Shown here in pieces: positions 45,665 to 55,405 of a DNA stretch of 64,000 nt. Within the stretch, counting starts at the first letter, position 1, and each line of letters begins with the position of its first letter. Position numbers and translations under genes: made by a program. The stretch is from Phycisphaerales bacterium (GTDB taxonomy: Bacteria; Planctomycetota; Phycisphaerae; SM23-33): contig JABGPZ010000060.1 of assembly GCA_018644725.1 (NCBI GenBank), positions 1,622-65,621 on the forward strand, given 5' to 3'. The notes beneath the pieces were generated by a model. It had not been told where the DNA came from. It ran no database searches and saw nothing but the letters and a program-made list of their open reading frames with translations.

Positions 45665-46064
45665 AGTTTTCGCCGGTGATGTCAATCGTCAGTTCCCAGC
45701 GCGGGTGCGGCAGGGTTGCCCCGGCGAGGTTGGCCCATTCGATCACGACCGCGCCCTCGGCGAGGAAATCTTCAAGGCCGATGTCTTCGAGTTCTTCGTC
45801 CGCGCTGACCATCCGGTAGAGGTCGAGGTGATACAGCGGCCGATCGCCAGCGGGGTATTGATGGCAGAGAACGTAGGTCGGACTCGAAACGTTGCTCGCA
45901 TCCGCGCCATAGCCCTCGGCAATCCCGCGCGTGATGGCGGTCTTGCCCGCGCCGAGAGTCCCCAGCAGCGCCAGGCAGTCGCCCGCGCCGAGTGTCGCGC
46001 CGATTTCCCGGCCAACCGCGTAGGTCTCGTCCACGCTCGTCGTATTGTAGATGGTTTCGTTCAC
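45633..46064 (-). CDS. tsaE: tRNA threonylcarbamoyladenosine biosynthesis ATPase
   Basis: LLGTLGAGKT, VSSPTY, HLDLYR, VIEWA. GTG start. Confidence 0.95.
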   Translation of the reverse strand: MNETIYNTTSVDETYAVGREIGATLGAGDCLALLGTLGAGKTAITRGIAEGYGADASNVSSPTYVLCHQYPAGDRPLYHLDLYRMVSADEELEDIGLEDFLAEGAVVIEWANLAGATLPHPRWELTIDITGENSRTLTLKRIE

Positions 46065-46217
46065 GCGCAGAGTTTACCAAAATCGACACGAATTCCCAAG
46101 AGGTATTCCTGTGTCAATTCTCAGGGAAAGCTATCAGATTTAACGGGATTTGCCAAGTGCTATTGCGGCGATAAATTGTGCGGTTGCGTTTTGCGCTTGG
46201 CGTGGTATACTTTGGCC

Positions 46218-47360
46218 GTGGAACTACATAACTACATCCGGGCGGAAATCTCTGCGGGCGCGATTCGTCATAACGTCGCGACGCTGCGTGGTTTGATTCC
46301 CGCAGCGACCAAGCTTTGCGCCGTCGTCAAGGCCAACGCGTATGGCCACGGGCAGCATTTGCTGCTGGAGACGATGAGCGAGTTGGCCGACTTTCTCGCC
46401 GTCGCTACCCCGGCCGAGGCGCTCGAATTGCGCAATCTCGGATATGGCGGCGAATTGCTCGTGTTGTTCACCGCCTGCACCGACAATCGCGAGCCGCACC
46501 TTGCGATCACCCTCGACGCACTCGTGCGCGCGGGCGTGACGGTTTCGGTTGCGTCCCAGCGCGGCATGGACCTGCTGACCAAGTCGGCCCGGCGCGTGGG
46601 CGAGCGCGTGAAGATGCACCTCGTCGTCGATACGGGGATGACCCGCAGCGGCCTGCCTTCGGCCGACGTGCCCGCCGTCGTGCGGAATGCACAGATGGAT
46701 CCGTCGCTGGAACTCGCGGGGATCTATTCGCACTTTGCCACGGCCGACGAGGCGGATAAGTCGTCCGCTAAAAATCAGTTGCAGGTGTTTATGGAGACGC
46801 TTTCGGCGGCTGGAATTGATAAACATTCAGGCGTAATTCGCCATATGGCCAACTCGGCCGCCACGATCGACCTTCCCGAGGCGCATTTGGACATGGTGCG
46901 GCCTGGGATCGCGCTGTTTGGCTATCAGCCGTCGACCGAGATGCACAATCGGCCGGGTCTTCAGCCGGCGTTGCAGCTTTCGGCGCACATTATGCAAACG
47001 AAGCAAGTCCCTGCGGGGACTCGGGTTGGATACGGTTTAACGTATGAATTTGACCGCGATTCGCGCGTGGGACTCGTGCCGCTGGGCTATGCCGATGGCT
47101 ATGATCGGCGGCTGGGGAACGTCGCGGCCGTTCGCGTCGGCGAGCGGGTCTGCCCGGTGCGCGGGCGGGTGTCGATGGACCAGATTTCGATTGACCTCAC
47201 CGATTGCCCCGAGGCCGAGGCCGGCGATCTTGTGGAAGTGATTTCCACCGATCCTGCCGCCCCGAATTCGCTGGAAGCCCTTGCTATTGCAGCGGATACG
47301 ATTCCGTATGAATTGATGTGTCGCCTCGGCGCCCGCGTCCGCCGCACCCTTGTGGAGTAG
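46218..47360 (+). CDS. alr: Alanine racemase
   Basis: AVVKANAYGHG (PLP lysine), DTGMTRSG, YSHFATAD, HMANSAA, VRPGI, GYADGY, GRVSMDQ, TIPYEL. True start about GTG 46218. Confidence 0.95.
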   Translation: MELHNYIRAEISAGAIRHNVATLRGLIPAATKLCAVVKANAYGHGQHLLLETMSELADFLAVATPAEALELRNLGYGGELLVLFTACTDNREPHLAITLDALVRAGVTVSVASQRGMDLLTKSARRVGERVKMHLVVDTGMTRSGLPSADVPAVVRNAQMDPSLELAGIYSHFATADEADKSSAKNQLQVFMETLSAAGIDKHSGVIRHMANSAATIDLPEAHLDMVRPGIALFGYQPSTEMHNRPGLQPALQLSAHIMQTKQVPAGTRVGYGLTYEFDRDSRVGLVPLGYADGYDRRLGNVAAVRVGERVCPVRGRVSMDQISIDLTDCPEAEAGDLVEVISTDPAAPNSLEALAIAADTIPYELMCRLGARVRRTLVE

Positions 47361-47668
47361 CCTGTTGGCCTGAATTCGGCCTATTTTTTGTATAAAAAAG
47401 CGTCAATGTACGAAAAATCTTGGATTTGTGAGTCATGGCTTCTTTTTCCAGAGGGCTCTGGGCGTGGCGAGGGAGTTGTGGATTTGTAGAAGTTGTTCGG
47501 AAATTTATTTTGAGAAATCTGGTGAAAATCTCGTGTTTTTGTGTCGATAGGTGGCGAAAGAGGTCGATATAAGTGTTGACTCGCGGAAGAATTGTATTCT
47601 TTCCGCCCGTCATGACACCAAGGATGGATGTCATAACCTTCTGCAGTAGAAGGACTAAGGAGAATCAC

Positions 47669-50600
47669 ATGCGTCACGGACGACAATGGATGATTGCGAT
47701 GCTGCTGGCAGGGATGCTGGCGATTTGCATGTGCAATGGTTTAATTTTTGCAGAAGAGTCGGCGGAGTCTGCGCCGAATACGCCCACCGTCACGAACCCT
47801 GACACCCCGTCCTCACAAGAGAAGTCTGTCCCCACCCCCAATATCGAATCTTCCGAGAAAAAAGCAGATAAGCCGAGTGTAGAAAACGAGATAGCCCCGA
47901 AAGAGGCGCCTGCGTCCAAGTCCGAGCCCAAACCGGAAGTAAACCCAGAAACCAAGCCAGAAGTTAAGCCTGTAGAAGAAGTTAAGCCGGAACCCGCGAA
48001 GAAGGCGAAAAAGGCCAAGAAAGCCAAGGCCGAGATCAAGGCCGCGGCGGACACGAAGACAAAAGCGGATATCCGCTTCCAGTTCGACGCGGTTCCCTAT
48101 AAGGATGTCCTCAAGCGGTTCAGCCAGATGATGAATAAGCCGATTCTCGGCGAGATTGCCGTCGAGGGAACGCTAACCTTCTCCGATCCAAGGCCTTACA
48201 CGAATGACGAAGCGATGGATACGCTGAATTTGATCCTCGCGATGAAGGGCTATGCCCTGCGCGAAGAGGGTCGATTCCTCCGCCTGCGTCCTCTGGCGGA
48301 AGTGGCGACGACGACGAAAATCTTCCACGGCCTGGGCGCGGCGACGGGCATTCGCAGCAACGAAATCGTCACCGTGGTTTTGCCCGTGGCGCATCTGGAT
48401 TCGACGGCGGCCTCCAAGGCCGTGATTCGCCTGGTGTCCGCGTTTGGATCGATCACGCCGCTGGACAACAATCGCGGTATGGTCATCACCGACACGATGG
48501 CGAATATCCGCCGCGTGGCGGGCATGCTCAAGGAGCTCGACGTCGAGCCTCCCGCCAAGGCCAAGCCCCAGATCAAGTCGGTCCTGCTGCACAACGCCTC
48601 GGCCAAGACGGTCGCGATGATTCTCCAGAAAATGTTTACATCGACCCCGCAAATGCGGTACGACTCGGCCACTCGCCGGATGGTCCCCGTGACCCCCTCC
48701 TCGTCAAGTTCTACAAAGAAGTCCGAGTCGAAGCTGATGGTGGCGTATGACGAGCGGATCAATCTGATTATCCTGTTTGGCGCAGAGGATATGGTTACCC
48801 AGGCCGAACAGGTCATCGCCACGTTGGATAAGGATCACCGCGAGGGCCAGGACGACATTCGCGTGTTTGAGTTGAAGAACGCGACGGCCTCGGCGGTTGC
48901 TCAGGCGATCCACACCATGTTCCCCGCGCCGCGGGCAGGAATGCCGTCGGACGTGGCCGTCAGTGCCGACGCCGCGAACAATCGCGTGATCGTGACTGCG
49001 ACGAAGGTGAAGATGGACCGCATCGAGAATCTGATTAACAAGCTGGACTCCGCCGGCAAGGAGCTTTCGCGCACACGGATCATTCGCATCGAAAACGCGG
49101 ACGCGGCGAGTCTCGCCTCGCCTCTGGTTTCGGCGACGCGCAAGATTGACTCGCGCGGCAGACCGCTCTATCCGCTCGTTGTGACCGCAGAAATGGGAAC
49201 GAATTCCATTATTTTGACCGGCCCGGAAGTTGAAATCGCAAAGGCCGAAAAAATCATCGCGACCCTCGACGTCGCACCGACCGAGCAATACCCCGTGAAG
49301 ATCATTGCGCTCACCCAGGCTGACCCGGTTTCGGTGGCGACGATTTTGACTCAGCTCTATGCGCCCCAGGCCATGTCCAAAAGCTCGAAGGTTCCCACCA
49401 AGCGCAAGGGCGGCAAGGTTGTGACCGTGTCGATCCGCCCCGAGTTGCGCAGCCGCAGCTTGCTGGTCCGCGCCGACAAAGCGACCTTTGAAGCCATCGC
49501 CGCACTGGCGAAGAAAATTGACGAATCGGCCTCGCGCGGCGAGCGCAAGCGCACGATTATTATGATGAATTACGCCGATGCGACCACCGTGTCTCTGGCG
49601 TTGCGTCAGGCGTTTGCGCCGGCGCGTGGCAAGAAGATCAATCCCGAAGACGAGGTGACGATTGTTCCCGAGCCGGGCACGAATTCGCTGATCGTGACTG
49701 CCAGCGAAGCGAACCTTAAGAAGGTTCAGGATGTGGTCTCCGGCCTCGACCGCGAAGACGCCGCCCGTCAACAGACGGCGATGATGGTTCTCAAGAACGC
49801 CAAGGCGGCGGACGTGTCGAACGTTCTGGCCGACATTTTCGGCGGTGGCACGGGCTCCTCGCGTACGTCGCGCAAGCTCAGCGGCAATTCGGTGCTGGCG
49901 ATTTCGGCCGACGAAACGTCCAACGCCATCGTGCTGCGGGGTTCGGCGAATGACGTGGATCGCGCCAAGGATATGATTACCCAGCTCGACAGCGCCTCGA
50001 GCAGTGGCGCGACGGCGGTGTATCTGCTGCCGCTGAAGTCGTCCGAGGCCAGTGCCGTTCTCCAGCGCGTTCAGGACCTGTACAACCAGCAGGCAAGCCA
50101 GGCGCGTGCGGCGAAAAAGAAGATTGACCCGATGGCGGTCACGGCCGACACGCGGGCGAATGTGCTGATCCTCGCGACGTCGAAAACGATGTACGAAACG
50201 GTCAAAACGTGGGTCCAGCAGGTCGAGGCGATGAAGCCTGCCTCGCGGACGATGAAGATTATTCCGCTGAAACATTCCAAACCCGCCGATGTCAAAACCG
50301 TCGTCGATCAGATGTTCAACGAGGCGACATCGGGTACGGGTTCCTCCGTTAACATCCGGTACAGTTCGTCGCGCAGTTCCAAGCCCGCCAGCAGCAATCG
50401 ATGCGAAGTGACGGTGCTGTCCGATCAGAGCGCGGTGATGGTCAAGGCCTCGAGCGACGATCTCGCCGAGATCGAGAAGATCGTCCAGAGTCTCGAAGAG
50501 TCTGCCAAGACGAATAAACGACAGACGAAAATTTTCGCGCTGAAAAACGCGCCCAACCAGCGAGTGCTGCAGGCGCTGAGGGGAATGTATCCCACCGCCC

Positions 50601-53600
50601 GTGGCGCTACGGCTGACCAGCAGGTGACCATCTCGGCTGTGACGGGCAGCAACGCGATTCTCGTCGCCGCGCCGACCAGCAAGATGGATGAAATTTCCCA
50701 CCTCATCGAGCAGCTCGACAAGAAGGAAGTATCCTCCAAGCTCGACTTCCGGATTTATGTGCTCGAGAATGCCCAGCCGACAAAAGTCCTGCCGACACTG
50801 CAAAAGATGATCGCGCAGATCCTCAGGGCCTATCCTGGCGACACGATTGACATCCAGGCCGACCAGCGTACCAAGAGCCTGATCGTGACCGCGCGCGAGG
50901 CGCTCTTTAGCGACATTGAACAGCTCATCGGCGCGCTGGACGTCGCACCCGCAGCGGCTGAAGCGTTTGTCGAAGTCATCATGATCGAGCATGGCAATGC
51001 CTCGACCCTGGCGAATGTGCTCAACGAATTGCTGCGCCCCTCGACGACCAAGCTTGTTACGCCCGAAGCCCTCGCGCTTCAGGAACAGGTCCGCAAGCTC
51101 CAGGTCCGTTGCGCCGCCGACGGTACGCTCGCCAAACTCGACCTGACCAAACCCATCAAGGTCAATGCGATTCCGCCCGCGCCGCAAGGCTGCAACGCGC
51201 TGGTGATCCAATCGACCAAAGAGAACCTTGCCGCGCTGAGTGCGATTGCCGCGGCGATGGACGCTCCGCCCGCGGGCACGACGCCTAAGGTGCACGAGTA
51301 CAAACTTGAGAACGGGAATGTGACTTCGATCGCCAGCACGCTGCAGACGCTCTTTGCCGAGCGCCACGCGGTGATTCGCCTGCGCGATCCCAAGGCCGCC
51401 AAGGCCGTCATTGCTCCCGATGTGCGGACGAACACGCTGATGGTCTCGGCCGTCAAGGAAGACCTTGCCATCATCGAATCGCTGCTGAAAAAGCTCGACG
51501 TTGAACTCGACGATGCGACGGTGCAGCTGGAAGTGCTTTCGCTGAAATACAATGACGCGGGCACGCTGACGACGTCGCTGAAGCGCCTCTTTGCCGCGCG
51601 GCGTAAAAGTCTCACCCCGCTCGGCCAGCAGCAAAATCCCCAGGACGCAGTCGATATTGAAGCGGACTCGCTGTCGAACTCCCTAGTCGTCTCGGCCAGC
51701 AAAGAAAACCTTTCGTTGCTGAAGGGGCTGCTGAAGAAGATCGATGTTTTGCCCACGGACGAAGCGGGCGTGGTGCGGATGTATGTGCTGGAACACGCCG
51801 ACGCGTCGCGCGTGGCGGAGATGCTCAAAGACCTCGTCAAGCAGGGGCTCTACAAGCCTTCGCTCGTTGGTCAGGGCGCGGCGAAGCTCAAGGATCGCGA
51901 GAAGGTTTCGATCACGGTCGACACACGCACGAACGTGCTGATCGTTTCGGCCAGTCGCGAAAACTTCACGATTCTCGAACAGGTTCTCGGCCGGCTTGAC
52001 TCCAACGAGAACATTGCCCAGCTTAACCAGATTCAGACCTTCCCGCTGAAAAAGGCCGACGCGGTTTCGATCGCGCCGACGATTCAGCAATTCTTTGACA
52101 AGCGCCTGAGCGCACTCAAGACGGCGGGTTCGACGACGCGGATTCAGCCGGTCGTGGTCATCGCGGACGGGCGGACCAACAGCCTGCTCGTCGCGGGTAG
52201 CCGCGAAACCTTCGGCGAGATCAAGAGCATGATCGAGCGCCTCGACGGTGACGCGGTGACGCCGGAAAACAGTTACGAAATCTTCACCCTCAAACATGCT
52301 TCGGCCTCGGTGCTTCAGGGTACGTTGCAGAAACTGTTCGACAGCCGCAACCAGCGCGACGGCAGCAAGGACAAAATCACCGTCCTCTCCGAGCCGACGG
52401 CCAACACGCTGATCGTGGGCTGTCCGCCGGAGGACATGCTCGAAGTGCGCAAGCTGATTACGTCGCTCGACAAGCCGACCGCTGGAGACACCGCGAGCAA
52501 CACCAAGAGCTATCCGCTCAAGCATGCCGACGCGGCCGAGCTCGTCAAGACGCTCTCCGACCTGTACAAGACGCAAAACCCCACCGGGACAATCCTCATC
52601 GCCGCCGACGAACGCACCAACACCATCGTCCTCACCGGCGGGCTGGGTGACATCAAGCGCGTGGGCGAACTCGTTGCCCAGTTGGATCGTGAGACCGTTG
52701 CCAACGTGACCGAGATTCGCGTCTTCCCGCTGAAGAACGCTAACGCCGAAGAGCTGGCGACGTTGCTGACGGAATTGCTGACTCAAAAGCCCAAGGCTCT
52801 GACCAAGCTTTCAGCCAACCGCCAGACGCTGTTGCAGTTCGTCACGGCCGACAAGAACAACCAGAAAATTATCTCCCAGGCGCTGCACGAAGGGCTGCTG
52901 ATCAATTCTGATAAGCGCACCAATTCCATTGTCGTCTCTGCGCCCCAGTCCGTAATTCCGCTGCTGAGTAATCTCATCGGCGCGATGGATGCCATCAGTC
53001 CCCAAGAGGCTGAAATCCGCGTCTTCAAGCTCACCAATGCCGACGCGACGCAGATGGCCGACGTGCTCAACCAGCTCTTCCGCACCGAGGACGCCCCCAC
53101 GGGTACCTCGCGCAAGGCGCCGGAAGTGACCTACACCCTCAAGGACGGTTCGGGCAAAGCCGCCGCAAGTACCGGCTCGGCCTCGCAGTCGTCACTGAAT
53201 ATTACCGTCGATGAACGGACCAACTGTCTGCTGATCGGTGGCACGCATCGCCAGATCGAAATGGCCGCAGCGGTTATCGCCGACCTCGATTCGTCGCCTG
53301 CCCAACAGCGCGTGACGAAGGTCTATCGCCCGCGCAACAACGAAGTCGAGAACATTGAAAAGGCCCTGCGCAGTTTCCTCGACGAAGAACGCAAACGCAT
53401 CGAAACCGCCCTCGGCAAAGACCGCCTTGGCGCGGCCCAGCGACTCTTGGAGCGCGAAGTCGCCGTCGTTGCCGAGCCCAACACCAACACACTGATGATC
53501 TCCGCGTCGCCGCGGTATTTCGACACGCTCGTGAAGATGATTGACGAGCTGGACCAGCCGCCCGCGCAGGTGCTCATCCAGGCACTGCTCGCGGAGGTGA

Positions 53601-54718
53601 ACATCGACGACACGACCGACCTCGGGATGGAGTGGTCGCACAAAGGCACCGCTGGGAGCAACGCGCTCGCCACGGGTGCGGACTTCAACATCCAAGCGGG
53701 CATCCAGCAGGGCACGGCCGTGCCGGGCTTCAGCGTGTCGGTCTCGGGCGGAAATCTGAATTTCTTCCTTCAGGCGTTGCGAAGCCAGAACCGCCTCGAG
53801 ATTCTCTCTCGCCCGCAATTGCTGGCGATGGACAATCAAAAGGGCGTGATCAATGTCGGCCAGGAATTCCCGATCATCACGGGCAGCCGCATCTCCGACA
53901 ATGACCAGACCTACACCACGATCCAGTACAAGAAAATCGGCGTGACGCTGGAGATTCTCCCGCGCATCGGCTCGGACGATACGATTCGCCTGGAAGTCCT
54001 CGCGTCAAGCTCGTCGGTGGGCACGTCGCAGGTCCAGGTGGCCGAGGGCGTTCAGGCGCGTTCGATCAACAACCGTTCGGCCGAGACGACCGTCACCTGC
54101 TATGACGGCCAGACCATCATTATTGGCGGGCTGATCACGACCGAAGAAAACTCCGTAGAGAACAAGATCCCCGTCCTGGGCGACCTGCCCTACATCGGCC
54201 CGCTCTTCCGCGACATCCACAAGGAAAAACGGCGCGTCGAGTTGCTGATTTTCCTCACGCCGAAGATCATGCGTTCCAAGACCGCCGCCAAGGACATCAC
54301 GACCAACGAGCTCAAACGCGAGCACCTCGTCCACACGCTCAACAGCGACGACCGCATCAAGCGCGGCACGCTCGACGGCATTCAGGACAAGACGCTCCAG
54401 CAGGCTACGGGCATCGGCTCGACGGCCGCCCCCGCCGGTCGCAATGCGGAAATCCGCCAGACGGTCATCGACCTGGGCCTCGTGCCCCAGCCTTGGCCAG
54501 GCCAGAAGGATCTCTTCCCGCGCTCGGTCGAAATCACACCCCCCGCCAAGTCGACTTCCGTCCCTGCCCCCGCGCAGGCGGAGCCCGCGTCGACGACGGC
54601 TTCTTCTACTTCCCATCAATCTCACTTTGCGCCGCGGCGCTTGTCCGTGACACCTCGGGCTGCTGCGAACTCCCGTCGGCGAGTGCCCCGGCTCAGTGAG
54701 ATGGAGGACTCCCGATGA
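47669..54718 (+). CDS. Giant GspD-type secretin (~2349 aa) with N0 plus ~21 Secretin_N repeats
   Basis: RBS AAGGAG, signal peptide, low-complexity spacer and N0 domain. Repeats of the form (I/V)xxfxLxxAxAxx...DxRTNxLIV...LD precede the secretin core (QVLIQALLAEV, LSRPQLLAMDN, GQTIIIGGLI, KIPVLGDLPYIGPLFR, ELLIFLTPKI). Confidence 0.93.
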   Translation: MRHGRQWMIAMLLAGMLAICMCNGLIFAEESAESAPNTPTVTNPDTPSSQEKSVPTPNIESSEKKADKPSVENEIAPKEAPASKSEPKPEVNPETKPEVKPVEEVKPEPAKKAKKAKKAKAEIKAAADTKTKADIRFQFDAVPYKDVLKRFSQMMNKPILGEIAVEGTLTFSDPRPYTNDEAMDTLNLILAMKGYALREEGRFLRLRPLAEVATTTKIFHGLGAATGIRSNEIVTVVLPVAHLDSTAASKAVIRLVSAFGSITPLDNNRGMVITDTMANIRRVAGMLKELDVEPPAKAKPQIKSVLLHNASAKTVAMILQKMFTSTPQMRYDSATRRMVPVTPSSSSSTKKSESKLMVAYDERINLIILFGAEDMVTQAEQVIATLDKDHREGQDDIRVFELKNATASAVAQAIHTMFPAPRAGMPSDVAVSADAANNRVIVTATKVKMDRIENLINKLDSAGKELSRTRIIRIENADAASLASPLVSATRKIDSRGRPLYPLVVTAEMGTNSIILTGPEVEIAKAEKIIATLDVAPTEQYPVKIIALTQADPVSVATILTQLYAPQAMSKSSKVPTKRKGGKVVTVSIRPELRSRSLLVRADKATFEAIAALAKKIDESASRGERKRTIIMMNYADATTVSLALRQAFAPARGKKINPEDEVTIVPEPGTNSLIVTASEANLKKVQDVVSGLDREDAARQQTAMMVLKNAKAADVSNVLADIFGGGTGSSRTSRKLSGNSVLAISADETSNAIVLRGSANDVDRAKDMITQLDSASSSGATAVYLLPLKSSEASAVLQRVQDLYNQQASQARAAKKKIDPMAVTADTRANVLILATSKTMYETVKTWVQQVEAMKPASRTMKIIPLKHSKPADVKTVVDQMFNEATSGTGSSVNIRYSSSRSSKPASSNRCEVTVLSDQSAVMVKASSDDLAEIEKIVQSLEESAKTNKRQTKIFALKNAPNQRVLQALRGMYPTARGATADQQVTISAVTGSNAILVAAPTSKMDEISHLIEQLDKKEVSSKLDFRIYVLENAQPTKVLPTLQKMIAQILRAYPGDTIDIQADQRTKSLIVTAREALFSDIEQLIGALDVAPAAAEAFVEVIMIEHGNASTLANVLNELLRPSTTKLVTPEALALQEQVRKLQVRCAADGTLAKLDLTKPIKVNAIPPAPQGCNALVIQSTKENLAALSAIAAAMDAPPAGTTPKVHEYKLENGNVTSIASTLQTLFAERHAVIRLRDPKAAKAVIAPDVRTNTLMVSAVKEDLAIIESLLKKLDVELDDATVQLEVLSLKYNDAGTLTTSLKRLFAARRKSLTPLGQQQNPQDAVDIEADSLSNSLVVSASKENLSLLKGLLKKIDVLPTDEAGVVRMYVLEHADASRVAEMLKDLVKQGLYKPSLVGQGAAKLKDREKVSITVDTRTNVLIVSASRENFTILEQVLGRLDSNENIAQLNQIQTFPLKKADAVSIAPTIQQFFDKRLSALKTAGSTTRIQPVVVIADGRTNSLLVAGSRETFGEIKSMIERLDGDAVTPENSYEIFTLKHASASVLQGTLQKLFDSRNQRDGSKDKITVLSEPTANTLIVGCPPEDMLEVRKLITSLDKPTAGDTASNTKSYPLKHADAAELVKTLSDLYKTQNPTGTILIAADERTNTIVLTGGLGDIKRVGELVAQLDRETVANVTEIRVFPLKNANAEELATLLTELLTQKPKALTKLSANRQTLLQFVTADKNNQKIISQALHEGLLINSDKRTNSIVVSAPQSVIPLLSNLIGAMDAISPQEAEIRVFKLTNADATQMADVLNQLFRTEDAPTGTSRKAPEVTYTLKDGSGKAAASTGSASQSSLNITVDERTNCLLIGGTHRQIEMAAAVIADLDSSPAQQRVTKVYRPRNNEVENIEKALRSFLDEERKRIETALGKDRLGAAQRLLEREVAVVAEPNTNTLMISASPRYFDTLVKMIDELDQPPAQVLIQALLAEVNIDDTTDLGMEWSHKGTAGSNALATGADFNIQAGIQQGTAVPGFSVSVSGGNLNFFLQALRSQNRLEILSRPQLLAMDNQKGVINVGQEFPIITGSRISDNDQTYTTIQYKKIGVTLEILPRIGSDDTIRLEVLASSSSVGTSQVQVAEGVQARSINNRSAETTVTCYDGQTIIIGGLITTEENSVENKIPVLGDLPYIGPLFRDIHKEKRRVELLIFLTPKIMRSKTAAKDITTNELKREHLVHTLNSDDRIKRGTLDGIQDKTLQQATGIGSTAAPAGRNAEIRQTVIDLGLVPQPWPGQKDLFPRSVEITPPAKSTSVPAPAQAEPASTTASSTSHQSHFAPRRLSVTPRAAANSRRRVPRLSEMEDSR

Positions 54719-55254
54719 GCGTACCCAAACCGCGCCTGAGCTGGTTCCTGATCCTGGTGGTCGTAGGCTTTTTAATGGGCCTGTTCGCCAGCAGCGGCTG
54801 TGGGGGCATGGAGACCCCCAATTGGCTGCGGACCAAGCCCAAGCCCAGCCCGCCCGTCGCACACATCAGCATGTCCTGCCCGCCTGTCGCCGCCGACTTT
54901 GACGGCGATGGCGAGAATGACGGCGTGCCGGTGTTGTTGATGTTTTACGCGAACACGGAGGGGGCAATTACCGCCATCCGTCCCGACGGAACGGTGAAGA
55001 TGGGCCTCTATGTCGGGAAGCATACGGGCAAAATTCCCGCCAACGTCAAGCCGCATCAGACCTGGACCCTCACCGCCGCCGAGCTTGCCAGCTGTGAAGG
55101 TACGCAGATGAAGTTGGTCTCCTATCGGGTGCCGCTTCGCTGGAAAACCGCGCCGCCCAAGGGTCGCATCACCTTCAGCTGTCTCTTCACGCCCGCCTCG
55201 GGCGACCGGCCTCAGGTCGCGGCCGAGCCCGTCATTTTGCCCTATTACAAATAA
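54715..55254 (+). CDS. Lipoprotein translationally coupled to the secretin (pilotin candidate)
   Basis: ATGA overlap, RBS GGAGGA, hydrophobic signal ending SSG|C. Confidence 0.7.
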   Translation: MSVPKPRLSWFLILVVVGFLMGLFASSGCGGMETPNWLRTKPKPSPPVAHISMSCPPVAADFDGDGENDGVPVLLMFYANTEGAITAIRPDGTVKMGLYVGKHTGKIPANVKPHQTWTLTAAELASCEGTQMKLVSYRVPLRWKTAPPKGRITFSCLFTPASGDRPQVAAEPVILPYYK

Positions 55255-55303
55255 GCAAGCAGGCCAGAGGCAATAGGCCGAGGCTGTAGGAAAGAAAAAA
55301 CAA

Positions 55304-55394
55304 GGGCGAAACATTTTTCGCCCCTACGAAATAGACAAACAAAAACCCGGCCAATCGGTCGGGTGTTTTTGTAGGGGCGACGCTTGCTGCGCCC
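55304..55394. repeat. Two GTAG-type REP-like palindromes flanking a bidirectional terminator
   Basis: 55304-55327 on - reads GTAGGGGCGAAAAATGTTTCGCCC. 55371-55394 on + reads GTAGGGGCGACGCTTGCTGCGCCC. Terminator ACCCGGCC-aatc-GGTCGGGT lies at 55341-55370. Confidence 0.65.
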
Positions 55395-55405
55395 GAATTT
55401 GGGAT

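Noticed and set aside
44484-46217. 958-aa ORF suggesting a large N-terminal fusion on alanine racemase
   Set aside because: The extension is the antisense shadow of the PQQ-propeller gene and tsaE. Alr homology begins at about 46218, right after a -10 box.
47576-47600. sigma70 promoter TTGACT...TATTCT upstream of the secretin
   Set aside because: The spacer is only 13 nt, and the segment is better explained as a small inverted repeat (GCGGAAGAAT...ATTCTTTCCGC).
47900-48060. Short repeats (KPEVKP, KKAKKAKK) near the secretin N-terminus, and Lys tracts at ~27730-27890
   Set aside because: Low-complexity protein linkers, not DNA-level repeat elements.
48704-51634. 976-aa antisense ORF inside the secretin, and similar long antisense ORFs across the window
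   Set aside because: Typical stop-poor shadow frames of GC-rich coding DNA, with no motifs or RBS.
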